Source: Ostrea edulis
Lineage: Eukaryota
NCBI RefSeq assembly: GCF_947568905.1
Contig: NC_079166.1
Coordinates: forward strand, 46,314,001-46,378,000
Direction: 5' to 3'
Length of the DNA stretch: 64,000 nt
The notes under the pieces are model-generated. The model did not search any database. It was not told the origin of the DNA and saw only the letters and a program-made list of their open reading frames with translations. Made by a program: the position numbers and the translations under genes. Positions within the stretch are counted from its first letter, which is position 1. Each line of letters opens with the position of its first letter. Below, one piece after another: positions 51,413 to 63,860 of this stretch.

Positions 51413-51766
51413 AAGGGATTTAAAGGGGGCACAGCCGGTGCGCGCCCCCTCTAAAATTTTCAAATTTAAGGTATAAATTGTGGTCTTTTGTTTAGAAAAA
51501 TGTAAACGATAAAAGAAGCAATAATTTCTTCCACTCTTGGAGAAATAAATGTCAAAAACTTTTGATATATTGAATTACTTTTATTGGGAGAACTTACTTT
51601 TTTTTTTCAAAAACCCTTAAATTTTGCGTCATTTTATTAATTTCAGAAAATAGTAAAAATAACTACATAGGAGACATATTTCAAGCCCTATAAAATCTGT
51701 AAAATCCAGGGCCCCAGCCTCATATAGTTGCGCCCCCTCTAACCGCAATTCCTGGATCCGCTCCTG
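51413..51766. mobile_element. MITE-like element with right end cctggatccgctcctg
   Basis: Internal gcgccccctctaa occurs near both ends; right end CTG is followed by TA (TACATGTA). The left end is degenerate. Confidence 0.35.
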
Positions 51767-51991
51767 TACATGTACATACATGTACTACATAGCGGTAGTC
51801 TTTACAGAGTATTTTTGGGGAAATAATGTTGATATCAGCAAAACAGTAAAGTTTTGACGGACTCGGTATTTTCTTTGTTTAAACTTCATATCAATTTATA
51901 AAAAATAGCCGACATTATAAGAATTGAACGAGCATTCAGGTGTTGTAATTAAAACACCACCAAATCTGCAAAAAATGACGTACCAAGATGC

Positions 51992-53459
51992 GGGGTGTTG
52001 CTAAAACGCGGAAGGGAACGGAAGACGGAATGGAACATAATTTAATATAATTAGAATGATTAATGTGGCTAAGATAACACCAAAAATTGGAAGGAAATAC
52101 GTTATTATGTTTAAAATCTAAATTGTGGGAATTTGTTTACAAGCGATAAAACAATATTATCTTGAAATTCTGCATCATAAATTGATTTAAGCGAAGTTAA
52201 ACGTCTGTGTAAGAATTTACAACGCTTTTTACTAGAATTTGGAAATGACAGATGTGTTAGCGAGCAGCTAGAGAATGGAAAGAACACATATGCCCCCCAC
52301 CCCCACCCCCCTCCCCCGTGACATAACGTAATTAACGCACATTTACATGTAAATTTACACATAATACAGTGTATGTGTGTACCTACAACAGGGGGTGTGG
52401 TATGTATATAACAACGACAATTCATGATCTTATTAAGTCAGCAAGTTAAACATCTCGCGTTTGATATATCATTTTTAAGTAACAGAGACTTTGTGACTGT
52501 AGCACTCAAATCCTAAAGAGGGAGGACTTCTAACAGTTTATATTATTTTAACTAAATACTTGTATCTTAACATTTAGATTAATAATGAGATGACCTTTTA
52601 ATTCCATTCAAGCATAAATTGTCTGTTAGTATTTTAGCTATTTCATATAGATCTGTTAATTTCTCATACTATGGGAGTCCCGTGGGAATCTGGGTTTGAA
52701 TAATCCTCAGTACCACTTGATTGTCGTAAGAGGCGACTAAATGGGGCGGTCCTTCGGATGAGACCGTAAAAACCCAGGCCCCGTCCCACAACAGGTGTGG
52801 CACGATAAAGATCCCTCCCTGCTCAAAGGCCGTAAACGCCGAGCATAGGCCTAATTTTGCAACCCTTAAATCAAGGCAGTTGTGACGTCTCCATATGAGT
52901 GAAAGATTCTCGAAGGGGATGTTAAACAATATTCAATTAATCAATCATACTATGGGTTGTAATCTTCACCCTTGTTTTCATTGGTTCTGCTTCAATCTTT
53001 CTTTTCCCGATTTGAGGTGATACAATCATGTATTATACCTGATGTAGATCTAAATTACGAATAAAAGCAAGTTCGATTTAAGAAGGCTACATGTATGTTT
53101 TGGGGAAATTGTTAAAAAAATTATTTTAACTTTTACTATGTTGTTTTCGGGGTGGTTCTTCATTGGATATAGAATTTGAAAATTCGAGTCTTTTTCAGTA
53201 TGATTATTTTTTCTTCTTTATTAATATTTTTTTCATGGCAAGTTAACAATTTTAAAATACTTATAAATGCATTAGTATGAAGGATATGAAACGGTGGATA
53301 CTGTGGATGACTTCCCACTCTCTCTGTAATTTCTGCTTTCCTTGTTCATGATAGACCTTTTATTTTGCAAAATGCTGACCTCCTCATTAAATTATTGCAT
53401 ACAATATTTTCCGTTCCGGCTTCCCTTTCATTTTCCGTTCCGTGTTTTAGCAATACCCC
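51992..53459. mobile_element. Non-autonomous DNA transposon with GGGG termini and 8-bp TSD
   Basis: ggggtgttgctaaaacgcggaa... and ...ttccgtgttttagcaatacccc; TSD CAAGATGC at 51984-51991 and 53460-53467. Confidence 0.85.
52676..52944 (+). mobile_element. 5'-truncated SINE nested in the TIR element
   Basis: SINE core and tail flanked by TCATACTATGGG at 52664-52675 and 52945-52956. Confidence 0.88.
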
Positions 53460-54429
53460 CAAGATGCGATATATAACGACCCCCTCGGTAATTATAAACA
53501 TAATAATAATCAAAGCCAATAATTTAATTGGTACCAAATGAAGAATTCAAACATAACCTTCCGAAATTTCGTCGCATTTAGAAGGGTCATTTCATCAGTC
53601 ATTTACTGCAAAAGGAAAATTAAAACTTTTAAAAACTGGTAATCGCATATTCCCAGACCCATGAAAAACGTGCAACATGCAGAAAGCCAGAGAGGTCAAG
53701 TGACAAAAACACGTGTACACAACACATGTGCTAGTCACGGTATCATATAATATGACAGTCGATTCATTTCAAAGAGCATTGCCTCGATGAGGGAACTGTA
53801 GATCGCGGGTTCGAGTCCAAGAGGGGTTTTAATTTTTTATCGGATTGTTTTCTACTAAAACTGCATTTTTTGGTTAAATAAAGTAAATTTGAAAGTTTTC
53901 AATTTCAAAATAAAATATTGTTGCACATATCCTCCACTTTTCATCCATATCAAATTTCTTTGGTGTAGTATACCTCCTTAATTAATGATAGATTTGAACA
54001 AGAAATATCTGACTACCTTTAGAATGTTTATTTAAATGTTGGATGAATTCTAGAACAATAAATGGATTTTGAGTACATTTCAGTCGTTAATGGTCCAGGA
54101 TTAGAATCAAAATATATTTACAAAACATCGTGGTTAATAAATAGTACACAGTGAAGAGAAAAAGCATAAACGTAAATATCATAAACATAACAAAATGATT
54201 GCGATCTACATATCAACACATTTCTAATGTACAATGTATATATGTAGTGTATTTGTAACTTTAAAATATAGAAATTAAAAAAAAAAGAAAAAAGAAAAAA
54301 AACCGGAATGAAAATGAAATAAATAGTAATCTCCATCAAACTTCTAAATAATTGAGCAACAAAAAATATATATGTACATATGTAATTAAATTTTAAGTTC
54401 TATAGTGAGAATCACATCACCTATACAGA

Positions 54430-56539
54430 TTAGAGTGCAATACCAAGATTGTATGGCGAATCGTTGCACATGGGATCAGAAGAGCGAGATGTAGAGCCTA
54501 GGATTGAATCGTGGTCACTGGAGAAGTCAGACTGGGAGTCCGTACCAAGGTCAACAGAAAATGATTCAAGGTCACGCTGGAAAGACGCTGTGTGGGGTTT
54601 GTTACTGGCGGATTGAAATATCGGCTTTTCTGCAAGATTGCACTGGGTATTGTTTTCACTTGTTGCGGTGTAAGGGGCTGTGGTTTGTAGATATTTGGTG
54701 AGTCCTAATAAAGAAAGCAGCTCGGGAGGTGCTGGCGACACGTGGATTAATCCAAACGTTGGATCCAAGATAGAGAAAGGTTGGACAGATTTTTGGTTTG
54801 GACTTGTACCTTCTGCAGATTTTGCTTCTTTGCTCATGTTTTCTTTATAATGAAATGATGCGGAAGAAGCAATCTGAAGAGAAGAACTGGTATGGAAAGA
54901 AGACATTGTTACATTGTTTGCAGTAACTTTTGGTGACTCATTAAGTGGCATTTGCGGAGCAACATGTTGACTTGGAACAGAGTTTAGAATCACCTCTTCG
55001 GGGTTTGCAGTAATGTTTTGTAAAATCCCGGAATGAGTTGCATGTGACGTAATCCCGGGATGAGCTGTCTGTGACGTAATCCCGAGATGAGCTGCCTGTG
55101 ACGTAATCCCGGGATGAGCTGCCTGTGACGTAATTCCGAGATGAGCTGTCTGTGACGTAATCCCGGGATGAGCTGCATGTGACGTAACCCCGGGATGTGC
55201 TGTCTGTGACGTAATCCCGAGTTGAGCTGCCTGTGACGTAACCTCAGGTTGAGCTACTTGTGACGTAATCCCGGGATGAGCTGTATGTGACGTAATCCCG
55301 GAATGTGCTGTCTGTGACGTAATCCCGAGTTGAGCTGCCTGTGACGTAACCTCAGGTTGGGCTACTTGTGACGTAATCCCGGGATGAGCTGCCTGTGACG
55401 TCTTAGTTTCTTGTGGTCCCTGGATTTTCTTTCCGTTTTGCGATGCAACTGTGACGTACTGGTTTACTTTGAAGTGTTGGTATTCATATGATGAATCTTC
55501 TGGTCGTGGTCGAATTGGGACGGGATTTCTCGTCTGTGTTTTTCTAGAACTTCTGTTTTGAGGTCTTCTGCTTGTTGATGAATCAGCAGATCTTTTTATT
55601 TGTTGAGCAGTCACTCCTGTCCTTTGGACCTTTGCGGAGTTTGTGATGTCTTCGGGTTCCTGTTTTCTCTTTGAGGATTGCATTAATTGATTATTTCCAG
55701 CTTGTGACGAGACACAGAGGTCTTGTAGTTGAAGTGTTGCAATTCGTTTGCAGGTGGTTTTGTTTCCTATAAAGTTATTCTCCTCTGATAGCGTGCTAAA
55801 TCTCTCCACCATGTTTGATCCCATAGGTAGAGATTTCGTTCCCATGTCATTCCGTCTTAGAATTCGATTGATGGAACTTACGCTGGGAACATTATCTTCA
55901 GAGCAGATGCCATTTTGGAGAAGAACTTGTCTGATTTCACGCGCAAACATCTCCGGATTTTTTGTCTTATATTTGACGACCATGTCCACCACGACGTTAG
56001 TAGACACCTTTGGCCTGGATCCACCCGCAACAGAAGGAGCTATCGATCCTGTATTTTGATATCGGTTTAAAAGCTTGCTTACACATCCATGAGATACTTT
56101 TGTAAGGCGGGAAATTTCGCAGGACTTTACGCCATCATGATGCAGTTTCAGTATCATTTGGCGGACGCTCTCCGGAAGCGGTCGACCGTTAGTAAACGTT
56201 CCTCCCAGCTGATTTAAACCACGTAAACCTGCAATTTATCATAGTATAATATAGAATGTTTATAAATAATGAAATCGAACTGGATAGTGGATTTTTAAGA
56301 AAAAAATTAGATCTCACAAAAAAATTAAAGGAATTTATGCTTAAGAATTTTGATGATTTTCAGGGGAAGTTGATTTCATGTGATTCTTTAATTGTGAGTT
56401 TAAAATTGTGTGATATTAAATAAAACATACCATTTGTGTCAGAAGTTAGAGTTTGGATCGTTTCACCGGAAGGATTCTGATCAAGTGTTTGAATGTTGGG
56501 GTCTTCCATTATGTCTTGAAAATCGATGCAGGCTTCCAT
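54430..56539 (-). CDS. Divergent paired-box (Pax-like) transcription factor, about 624 aa (exons 56539-56467 and 56228-54430)
   Basis: Phase-1 GT-AG intron joins MEACIDF...QNPS to [24 protein letters not shown]...VSHGCVSK...[11 protein letters not shown], a complete paired domain. No homeodomain or octapeptide recognisable. Confidence 0.9.
55024..55401 (-). repeat. Coding tandem repeat, 27 bp / 9 aa x 14 (TSQAAHPGI-like)
   Basis: Direct reading of the protein and DNA; every unit contains GTGACGT on the plus strand. Confidence 0.95.
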
Positions 56540-57283
56540 ATTGAGATATTCTTGGGGTATGACTGAATCATTTTGATACGATTTTTTTATATCTATTCCT
56601 GAAATTAAAACTGGCCAATCGCGTCACTTAATTTTTGGCACGAGAAATGCATTCTTCCGGGCACGAGAATTGCACCTCCCCGGGAACTATAATTAAATTA
56701 TTCAGAACATGTCAGGTGTAAATTGGCGAATGCACGCGTGTTTTTCGTTAATTGTTGCAGTGACACTTTATCCATCTAGCTGTAGGATAATCTCCACCAG
56801 AACTTCGTCACTCAAAATGACAATTAAAAGATAATTGTGTGATAACGATCAGTTTCTATGACTTGAGTCCCCCCCCCCTCTCTCTCTCCAAAAGACACGA
56901 TATATGGCGTTTTTATTGAAAATAATTATTCGTATTTCTTTTACAACCCACCATTGAAATATTTAGTGCAAAGTACAATAACGATAGAGTAGTGAGAGAA
57001 AAATGTCTTAATGCCAACTTATAATCACAACTAATTTAAATTCAGAAATTAATTTATTTTAGTTAGCTGTTCATTTTGTTAGTTATGTAACTTGTGGTTC
57101 ATTTTGTTTATGTTGACTTGATGTATACCAATATGTTTGGTGAAATCAATAGAATAATTGATGAAACAATAGTAAATAGAAAACCATTTTCTGGAGCGTG
57201 TCGCAAAGCAGATGGGATCGGGCTCAACATTTAGTTCAGTAGGCATAGGTGGCGGCGGCAACCAAGACGACAACAAACGAAAG

Positions 57284-59622
57284 ATGGCGGCCGAGGCCTC
57301 GGCGAAAAAACAAGTTAAAATTACCACGCCTGATATAGAGCAGGAAATTAGAGACGAAAGTTCTGACGTATGTTGTCATACACACACTTCTTATATCTTA
57401 CTTTAGGAGAAAGTTTAAATTCCTGCAAAATAGTTTACTTGAGAATTTTGTGACACTGTTTACAGTTCGAAATGACTCAGTTATTGCAAGCACATGTTTT
57501 ACTGAAATGTTTGTTTATAAAAGAGAATAAAGAAAAGACACAAGGTAATCTTAACTGTGTATTAACATTACTCATTAGTCATCGCTTTCAAAATTAGATT
57601 GAAATACAGTAAAATTACTGTTATCTGAATTTAGCCTTGTAATTGTATTTCTTGTGAAAGTTGAACCCGATGACTTAAATATTTTTCTAGCTTCATTTAT
57701 GCAATTATTCTGAAGTATGGTAGTTAAAAATTTTTTGTAAATATATAGTAAACATCTAACACAATAAATAAAAAATCCCCGATAACATCATTAACACTAG
57801 AGAGATACTGACAGCTTACATTGATTCAAATGGTTTATACTGCAGCCATGACCAGTTACATTTAATGCTTCTATTTTTGTTTAATTCTAATGTAAGCATA
57901 TGTATGCCAATATTAGCATAATCTTACTCATTATCATTTTAACAGCTACATAAATGCTTTTGGTGGAAGCAAAATGCTTTTAGTGGAAGTATCATTCTTC
58001 CAGTAACCTAAAGTTTGTAATTCTTATTAATTTTTTTTCCAAATTATTAATTTTAGAAGAATTTTGTTCCTAAACGTTATTTGATTTTGATGCAAATTTT
58101 AAGTTCAATGTGTTTACTCTTTAAAATCCAAATGGACATTTACTAATGAGGAGCATTATATTGTGCATTAAGAGAATAATTGGTACTGCTAACATAAAAG
58201 TATATACATGATACATGTATATATATATATATATTCATTACATTAGGCGCTATATATTGATATTAATAATTATGTATTTTAATTCTGGCACTATGAATAT
58301 TTTATTCACATGTATGTGCACATCGATTTATATATTATCTTTTCTTTCACATTTGTAAAGCGCTTTAGAGAACTAATGTTGATAGGGCACTATATATTTT
58401 TTTTAAATTGATATAGGATGAGACAATTAAAGATGACAGGGGCTCAGAAATTCCTACTACCTCCAATTCCCAGAGAGTAGACATTTCACGAATTCAGAGT
58501 GCTTATTCTGACAGGTGTCACTCACGATCAAACTTCCCCCTAGTGCTGGATGAATATGGAGAGGAAAGAGACCCCAGGGTCAGTAAAACAGCAAAAGTCC
58601 ATCATTGAAAACATCAGAATTTTACACCTTTGTTTACATAATTAATCAATTGAATGGTACTACATGTGGTTAAAGGTGTGAGGCCTAAATTCTTGAGTCT
58701 TGAACATTAAAAGAAAAAATGAATCTACCGCTGATTTTTATTTTACCATATGATAGTCGGCATGAAAATTTTGATTAATAACGTACTTAGGAATTTTACA
58801 AACAAAGTGACTATTAGAATTGGTGATTAATCATCATCAGATCTGGATATTTTTGCCTTGGTTAGTTTCTGTATATTCTATAACAGCTGATCTAGAAACC
58901 TGATGAGGTAATTCAGTAATATGTTTTAACATGGAATTTAGGAAGCTAAGTATATATATATGAGCAACAGTAAATACTTTCATAAATACACAGTGTCAAC
59001 CACAGAGACTTAAGTTATCCCTATTCTGAATATGATTAACGAAAATTCAGATATATAAGTAAGAGGATTAAGAAGTTAATCCTGATTTTGTTGCCTTCAC
59101 CACACAGTTTTTCATAGTTCTTTACATCTACTTGGTTTTGTAAATTCCAATTCTAGTAACTACTTTACATAGAACTTTCCTAAGGAGAGTAAATTTTAGT
59201 CCTATATGCATGTAAATATTTTACCCAACTTTGAATTTACTGGGCATTTGTATAAGATAATTAACACTATCTTCATGGTGTTACTCACAATATGTCAATG
59301 ATAAATCCTCTTTCAGAAAATGAATCTGCATTTCGAATTGTTAACTTCATTACAAAACTGCCACTTTACCATCACCATGTACTCAAACAATTTGTTTCTT
59401 TAATTTAATAAAAATCTAGATAAAAGGTGATGATAAGTGTTTCATCAAACTTGAAGTATACATAGTACATGGTACATATACAGTGCAAAACACTTTTATT
59501 TCTATAATGATTATGAATTCTATGGAAAGATTCTATTCATCATGGGAGAAAAGTAACTTGACAAAATGGACAATTCTGCCATAGATAAGTATAGAATGAT
59601 TTGGTTCTTAATGAGTTCTTTT

Positions 59623-59675
<53 letters not shown>

Positions 59676-62600
59676 TTGCATTATGATATTTTAACAGCAA
59701 TATGCAGTACTAACTGTATGAGCATTGTGTTTTCAACTAGGTAATTTTTTTGTTACAGGATAAAGAAAACAAGAAGAAGAAGATTACTAAAAAGGTGACT
59801 AAATCTGAGACACACGATGATGAGGTGCAGGAGAAGAGGAGGAAGAAACAAGAGGAGGTAACCTGATAAAATCCAATTCAAAACATTCTTTATTTCATGG
59901 TCTTTAAATCATTTATTTTTGTAAACTTGTGTGATTGTTTTTCTATGTAATTATCACATATTGCAGCTGCTTAAACTCTTTAGATTTGTATAGATGTTGT
60001 TTTGGGTCGTTTTCAAATTAGTAAACAGGTTGTGGAAAATTCCATTGTGAAGTGGATTTTATTCAATTTGGTAAAAGGAATATACAGTTAGGTCAACTAG
60101 TAAATTTTGACTAATACATGTATATGGTTTTGCAGTATGATTAATGGTAGGATGGGACTAGCATTAATAATCTAATTGTAAAATAGGATGAAAATTGTAT
60201 TCCCCCCAAGGGGTTTTCAACTGAAATATTCATTTCTAACTGTTGTACAATTTTTATTGATTGCTTGATTTTTGTCCCTTGCGTGTAGCTGGAATCTCGC
60301 ACTGCCCATGAGGTAATGGATAAGCTGTGGTGATTTTTGTTGTGAAGTTAAGCAGATTTCTGGAGATTTTGAGTCTGATTTGTGTGTATTAAGAAAACAC
60401 CAATATGCTGCCCTATCAGGCTGTGCACATTTCTGTTCTGTGCAAAAATGTGAGCTTCTTAAAGATTAATGTAATGTTGAAAAAACTTCTTAATTTTTAC
60501 ATGGCATTCTAAACCCGGTTGTATATTTTGAAAAGATATGGACACACTTCAGTGAATGGCAATCTACTTCGAATTTAGGACCATTATAATCTGCTTAATT
60601 TGCAAAGATGATTGAAACAGATGCATGCCAATAATTAAGTTAATCCATGGACTAAACAAGCTCAAGTCTAACATTGATGGTGTGCATGTTATGTATGATA
60701 AATACAAAAGGAGTACTTTAATGTTCTGTAGTAGCTGTGCTGTACACATGCTTTTTATGTGTTTTGGTTGTCAACATGAATGAATTTAAATATGGCAGAC
60801 ACCAAAATTGGTATATGATTTGAATAAGCTCTTTGTCAGTAATTTAAAAAAAAACAACCCACATTATATAGACTTTATGATATTTTTATTCACAAATAGT
60901 TAAGGGATTGGGCAGCAGGCATAGCCTATTTTAACCCTCTCCCATTTGACTTGCATTGCAGAGATTTTTGAATCACACAAATTTCAGACTTATTTTTCAA
61001 TGAATTCTGTGGATGACTATACAGTTCTTGTTTTTGTCAATATTTTCAGAGTTTTAAGATTTACAAGGTGAAAATGACACCTAGCTAGCATGTAACTTAC
61101 TAAGACAATTTAGAAAAAAAGTTTTCCACTCAGCATGCCTTTAGGAGACCATTTAAAATTAAGTACAGACTAGTGTTCCCAAAATAACATCATCTGTATA
61201 ATTATTTACTAGATCATTAATTTAAAATAAATACTGAGCTAGTTTTAGTGCTTTCATTTCTGAGTTATGTGTCATTATTCTCATCAAACTTTACATATTT
61301 AACAAACTTTATTATATATAAATGTTGTTTTAGGAGTAGTCGATCATAATGATATGTAATTTGAAATCAGTCCAGATAGTTAGTGAAGCATGATCAAACT
61401 TGTTCCATTAATCTGCTACATGTATGTTATATATTCATATTAAAGCTTCTGAAAGTTGCAGAAATTTAAGATGTTGATCTTTACTGGATAAAATAGAACT
61501 TTAATATTGAAATAATCAAACAATATAGGTGTAAGGAATGTCCTATAAATGGTGGATATCTGATAAATGCACTGAACAGGTGCAGAGTATAAATCACATT
61601 CTAGCTTTATTAGTACATTTTATGTTCTGTTTTGTTAAATTGTTGTGGGTTTTTTTTTTGTTTTTTTGTTTTGCTTTTGCTGTTGGTGTGTGATGTGAAA
61701 GTAGAAAATGCTTTTACATTGCTGATATTTGTTTTCAGATTGTGGAATGCAAGCTGGAGAAGTTTTCAGTATGTTTGTGAAATAGTGATGTGCAATTTTA
61801 TATGAAAAAAAAAATTGTTTCAGTTGTAGGTTCTAATCATTTCATTCGTCATCATCATAAATTTCATTTGATATATCATGTTAATGTCAATATATTTACA
61901 ATAGTGATACAATTCTTGTTGACATTAGTAGAATTTGCTTGTGGTTACAGAGATACGTACAAGTAATGGACGACTTGAACAATCGACCAGTTGGGGACCG
62001 CTTCTACTCCAAAAAAATGGGAGCCATTGCGACATCAGTGGACAAGTTTCAGGACAGGAATGTAAACTCTCCAACGAAATCGCCACGGATTGAAATAATG
62101 GAGGTTGCTAATGCAAACAAGGTGAGAGTGATCAATGTATTATGTAATATGGTTAAGATTTTAAAATTCTGAGTGTTAAAAAATAATGGTCACTGACAGT
62201 CACTGTTAACATTGGTCTGTAACAACGCATGTGACCTTTAATGAGCTGAAATTGTTCCATTCTAGGAGTCATCTCTATCCGATATTTCTTAATTAATCTT
62301 TTAAACTTGTGTGAAATAGTTAACTTTCATTTGATATTAAAATGCTGCATTTTCAGAAAAAGAAGAAAGTAAGTGTTAGTTCAGAATTAGAATTATAGTG
62401 TGGTATAGGGTGCTAGATCCCTGTGTCAGGTAATGCATGCAACATGTTGTAGTTCTCCAAATATTCATTTTCTGTAGATGATAATGTCAACTTTTTGTCA
62501 CATTAGCTTCAAGTCCAAGAGCATTATTCTAATGAATTGCAGTATTATCTAAAAAAAAAAAAAAATAGCTACATGTCATTTTTTTTTTACTAATGATCAC

Positions 62601-63860
62601 ATTTAGCATTCTGCTTATATCATCCTTATTTTGTTAAGGTCATGAATGGATTGGCCCCCTTATTGATTTGAGGATGTCTATCTATTAACTCGACAATGCA
62701 CACAATTATACATGCATGCACATAATTATTTATATATGTATATTTAGAATACAAATGCCTGCCTAGCAATGCTGGCTCTGTGGGGCCACACCATCAAGAC
62801 AAGCTCACCTTATATCAGCTTGCAGTCTCACTTTTTACTGTATACATGTTCCTGTTATGAACATATTTAGACTTAATGGATCAGAAGTACCTGGAAGCTC
62901 AAATTTGTCTCAGTTTTATGGCTGCAGAGTTCAGCTGTCTTATATACCTCATATTACAGAACTTTAAAAATTGATTATGACCTTCCTATTACAAGTATTC
63001 AGTATAATTTGCTGCTGAGGTACATGTAGTCATTTTGTTTTCTCTAGAAGGCCCAGAAAAAGAAAGAAAAGTACGTCTTGACCACAAATAATGAACACTT
63101 GAAGAACATAACAAAGACGGAAACAGCAAAGGTACACCATGTATCATCATAAAAACGAGATTCAGTAGACTTCTAGTAATACACCATGTATCATCATAAA
63201 AACGAGATTCAGTAGACTTCTAGTAATACACCATGTATCATCATAAAAACGAGATTCAGTAGACTTCTAGTAATACACCATGTATCATCATAAAAACGAG
63301 ATTCAGTAGACTTCTAGTAATACACCATGTATCATCATAAAAACGAGATTCAGTAGACTTCTAGAAATACACCATGTATCATCATAAAAACGAGATTCAG
63401 TAGACTTCTAGTAATACACCATGTATCATCATAAAAACGAGATTCAGTAGACTTCTAGTAATACACCATTTATTATCATAAAAACGAGATTCAGTAGACT
63501 TCTAGTAATACACCATGTATCATCATAAAAACGAGATTCAGTAGACTTCTAGTAATCTTCATGCAGAATGTATTTATCAAGTATAATTATTTCCATGCCG
63601 ACCAAGTGGGGATTAGACACATGTACTGTATGATAGGGAATTTTCATTCCCATTAGAATCTTGTTTTTATAAAATTCAGGTGATTTATCTTCTATTTGTA
63701 CTACTATTTTTAAAAACCAATTTATAGATAATAGAGATTCAGGACCGGCTCATTAAGGAGGGTAAATTAAAGACACAGGCTGACATTGATAAGTTCAGAG
63801 AAAGTGCAAAGGATCCAGTTGTACTCAACTCTTACATTTCGAAACCCTCCAGTAAACAAG
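57284..63860 (+). CDS. Unidentified Lys/Glu-rich multi-exon gene, 5' part (exons 57284-57367, 58417-58581, 59759-59857, 61739-61768, 61951-62121, 62357-62368, 63048-63131, 63728-63860); probably continues past the window
   Basis: aagATGGCGG start context; all exons flanked by AG/GT and open in phase 0 (last ends in phase 1); MAAEASAKKQVKIT...IQDRLIKEGKLKTQADIDKF. The exon 2 donor (tca/gtaaaa) is the least certain. Confidence 0.7.
59625..59673. repeat. (TC)n microsatellite, intronic
   Basis: Direct reading. Confidence 0.95.
63132..63556 (+). repeat. Intronic minisatellite, 47-bp unit, about 9 copies
   Basis: Unit tacaccatgtatcatcataaaaacgagattcagtagacttctagtaa, beginning at the splice donor 63132. 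Confidence 0.95.

Noticed and set aside
53800-53825. tRNA gene at gggttcgagtcc
   Set aside because: Isolated B-box-like sequence with no cloverleaf; probably part of a repeat.
54504-56059. Plus-strand ORFs opposite the Pax gene, including the repetitive 54990-55178
   Set aside because: Antisense shadows of the Pax exon and its repeat.
58887-58907. Additional microexon of the right-hand gene (acag/...gag/gtaatt)
   Set aside because: The 21-nt version has stops in all frames. A 12-nt version from an internal AG is possible but has a weak pyrimidine tract, so it was left out.
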